Shown here piece by piece: positions 61,201 through 64,000 of a stretch of DNA of 64,000 bases. The translations under genes and the position numbers were made by a program. The stretch comes from Sminthopsis crassicaudata (Eukaryota), in contig NC_133620.1 in assembly GCF_048593235.1 (NCBI RefSeq), positions 29,824,852 through 29,888,851 of the forward strand. Direction: 5' to 3'. The notes beneath the pieces are model-generated. The model was given only the letters and a program-made list of their open reading frames with translations. It did no database searches and had not been told where the DNA came from. How positions within the stretch are numbered: position 1 is the first letter of the stretch; every line of letters begins with the position of its first letter.

Positions 61201-64000
61201 TCCCATTTACCAGAGAGGGAGAACTTGGGCCTTCTCTTCCCATTTACCAGAGAGGGAGAACTTGGGCCTTCTCGCCATTTACCAGAGAGGGAGAACTTGG
61301 GCCTTCTCCCCATTGACCAGAGAGGGAGAACTTGGACCTTCTCTTCCCATTTACCGGAGAGGGAGAACTTGGGCCTTCTCTTCCCATTTACCGGAGAGGG
61401 AGAACTTGGGCCTTCTCTTCCCATTTACCGGAGAGGGAGAACTTGTACCTTCTCTTCCCATTTACCAGAGAGGGAGAACTTGGGCCTTCTCCCCATTGAC
61501 CAGAGAGGGAGAACTTGGGCCTTCTCCCCATTTACCAGAGAGGGAGAACTTGGGCCTTCTCTTCCCATTTACCAGAGAGGGAGAACTTGTACCTTCTCTT
61601 CCCATTTACCAGAGAGGGAGAACTTGGGCCTTCTCTTCCCATTTACCAGAGAGGGAGAACTTGGACCTTCTCCCCATTTACCAGAGAGGGAGAACTTGGA
61701 CCTTCTCCCCATTTACCGGAGAGGGAGAACTTGGACCTTCTCTTCCCATTTACCAGAGAGGGAGAACTTGGACCTTCTCTTCCCATTTACCAGAGAGGGA
61801 GAACTTGGACCTTCTCCCCATTTACCGGAGAGGGAGAACTTGGACCTTCTCCCCATTTACCAGAGAGGGAGAACTTGGACCTTCTCTTCCCATTTACCAG
61901 AGAGGGAGAACTTGGACCTTCTCCCCATTTACCGGAGAGGGAGAACTTGGACCTTCTCTTCCCATTTACCAGAGAGGGAGAACTTGGACCTTCTCTTCCC
62001 ATTTACCAGAGAGGGAGAACTTGGACCTTCTCCCCATTTACTGGAGAGGGAGAACTTGGACCTTCTCCCCATTTACCAGAGAGGGAGAACTTGGACCTTC
62101 TCTTCCCATTTACCAGAGAGGGAGAACTTGGGCCTTCTATTCCCATTTACCAGAGAGGGAGAACTTGGACCTTCTCTTCCCATTTACCAGAGAGGGAGAA
62201 CTTGGGCCTTCTCTTCCCATTTACCAGAGAGGGAGAACTTGGGCCTTCTCTTCCCATTTACCAGAGAGGGAGAACTTGGACCTTCTCTTCCCATTTACCA
62301 GAGAGGGAGGACTTGGGCCTTCTCTTCCCATTTACCAGAGAGGGAGAACTTGGGCCTTCTCTTCCCATTTACCGGAGAGGGAGAACTTGGACCTTCTCTT
62401 CCCATTTACCGGAGAGGGAGAACTTGGGCCTTCTCCCCATTTACCAGAGAGGGAGAACTTGGGCCTTCTCTTCCCATTTACCAGAGAGGGAGAACTTGGG
62501 CCTTCTCTTCCCATTTACCAGAGAGGGAGAACTTGGGCCTTCTCTTCCCATTTACCGGAGAGGAAGAACTTGGGCCTTCTCTTCCCATTTACCAGAGAGG
62601 GAGAACTTGGGCCTTCTCTTCCCATTTACCAGAGAGGGAGGACTTGGGCCTTCTCTTCCCATTTACCAGAGAGGGAGGACTTGGGCCTTCTCTTCCCATT
62701 TACCAGAGAGGAAGAACTTGGGCCTTCTCCCCATTTACCAGAGAGGGAGAACTTGGACCTTCTCTTCCCATTTACCGGAGAGGGAGAACTTGGGCCTTCT
62801 CTTCCCATTTACCGGAGAGGGAGAACTTGGGCCTTCTCTTCCCATTTACCAGAGAGGGAGAACTTGGACCTTCTCTTCCCATTTACCAGAGAGGGAGAAC
62901 TTGGACCTTCTCTTCCCATTTACCGGAGAGGGAGAACTTGGGCCTTCTCTTCCCATTTACCAGAGAGGGAGAACTTGGGCCTTCTCCCCATTTACCAGAG
63001 AGGGAGAACTTGGGCCTTCTCCCCATTTACCAGAGAGGGAGAACTTGGACCTTCTCTTCCCATTTACCGGAGAGGGAGAACTTGGGCCTTCTCCCCATTT
63101 ACCAGAGAGGGAGAACTTGGGCCTTCTCTTCCCATTTACCAGAGAGGGAGAACTTGGGCCTTCTCTTCCCATTTACCAGAGAGGGAGAACTTGGGCCTTC
63201 TCTTCCCATTTACCGGAGAGGAAGAACTTGGGCCTTCTCCCCATTTACCAGAGAGGGAGAACTTGGACCTTCTCTTCCCATTTACCGGAGAGGGAGAACT
63301 TGGGCCTTCTCTTCCCATTTACCAGAGAGGGAGAACTTGGACCTTCTCTCCCCATTTACCAGAGAGGGAGAACTTGTACCTTCTCTTCCCATTTACCAGA
63401 GAGGGAGAACTTGGACCTTCTCTTCCCATTTACCAGAGAGGGAGAACTTGGACCTTCTCTTCCCATTTACCGGAGAGGGAGAACTTGGGCCTTCTCTCCT
63501 CATTTACCAGAGAGGGAGAACTTGGACCTTCTCTTCCCATTTACCAGAGAGGGAGAACTTGGGCCTTCTCCCCATTGACCAGAGAGGGAGAACTTGGGCC
63601 TTCTCCCCATTTACCAAAGAGGGAGAACTTGGGCCTTCTCTTCCCATTTACCAGAGAGGGAGAACTTGTACCTTCTCTTCCCATTTACCAGAGAGGGAGA
63701 ACTTGGGCCTTCTCTTCACATTTACCAGAGAGGGAGAACTTGGACCTTCTCTTCCCATTTACCAGAGAGGGAGAACTTGTACCTTCTCTTCCCATTTACC
63801 AGAGAGGGAGAACTTGGGCCTTCTCTTCCCATTTACCAGAGAGGAAGAACTTGGACCTTCTCCCCATTTACCAGAGAGGGAGAACTTGGACCTTCTCCCC
63901 ATTTACCAGAGAGGGAGAACTTGGGCCTTCTCTTCCCATTTACCAGAGAGGGAGAACTTGGACCTTCTCCCCATTTACCAGAGAGGGAGAACTTGGGCCT
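58290..64000. repeat. Large minisatellite, 37-bp unit (35-bp variant), >150 copies, continues past the window end
   Basis: CCAGAGAGGGAGAACTTGGGCCTTCTC(TT)CCCATTTA repeated; the + strand ORF repeats every 37 aa = 3 x 37 bp. Confidence 0.99.

Noticed and set aside
58299-63578. 1005-aa and 687-aa ORFs
   Set aside because: Translations of a 37/35-bp tandem repeat with near-cognate (TTG) starts; no domain content
48340-64000. CRISPR-like appearance of the tandem arrays
   Set aside because: No unique spacers, no cas genes, mammalian DNA

Overview
Marsupial genomic DNA, probably Australian/dasyurid-like (WSINE1/Mar1-type CORE-SINEs, marsupial L1 3' ends, RTE-SINE, L2). There are three N gaps. About 1-37 kb is an AT-rich transposon graveyard with no intact gene. 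It holds many L1 fragments, SINEs with TSDs, LTR-like pieces, a class III (ERV-L-like) pol/dUTPase fossil and a hAT-Charlie/Buster transposase fossil with nested insertions. From about 37 to 44 kb the sequence becomes GC-rich. About 45-57 kb is a CpG-island promoter complex containing up to six candidate alternative first coding exons on the + strand, all in phase 0 (ATG|GT four times, MAKNVKGMQ|, MAEARAGQGAPFSPEQ|). I could not identify the gene, and no shared exon 2 is visible in the window. Four minisatellites lie in or next to this region: a CA-rich array with 42-bp units, a ~20-bp array with GATA/EBF-like motifs, a 44-bp CpG-rich array, and a >5.7-kb hairpin-forming 37/35-bp array that runs off the window end. 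All long ORFs in the track are repeat or gap artefacts. Family assignments come from recalled consensus motifs, not database searches, and most element boundaries are approximate.
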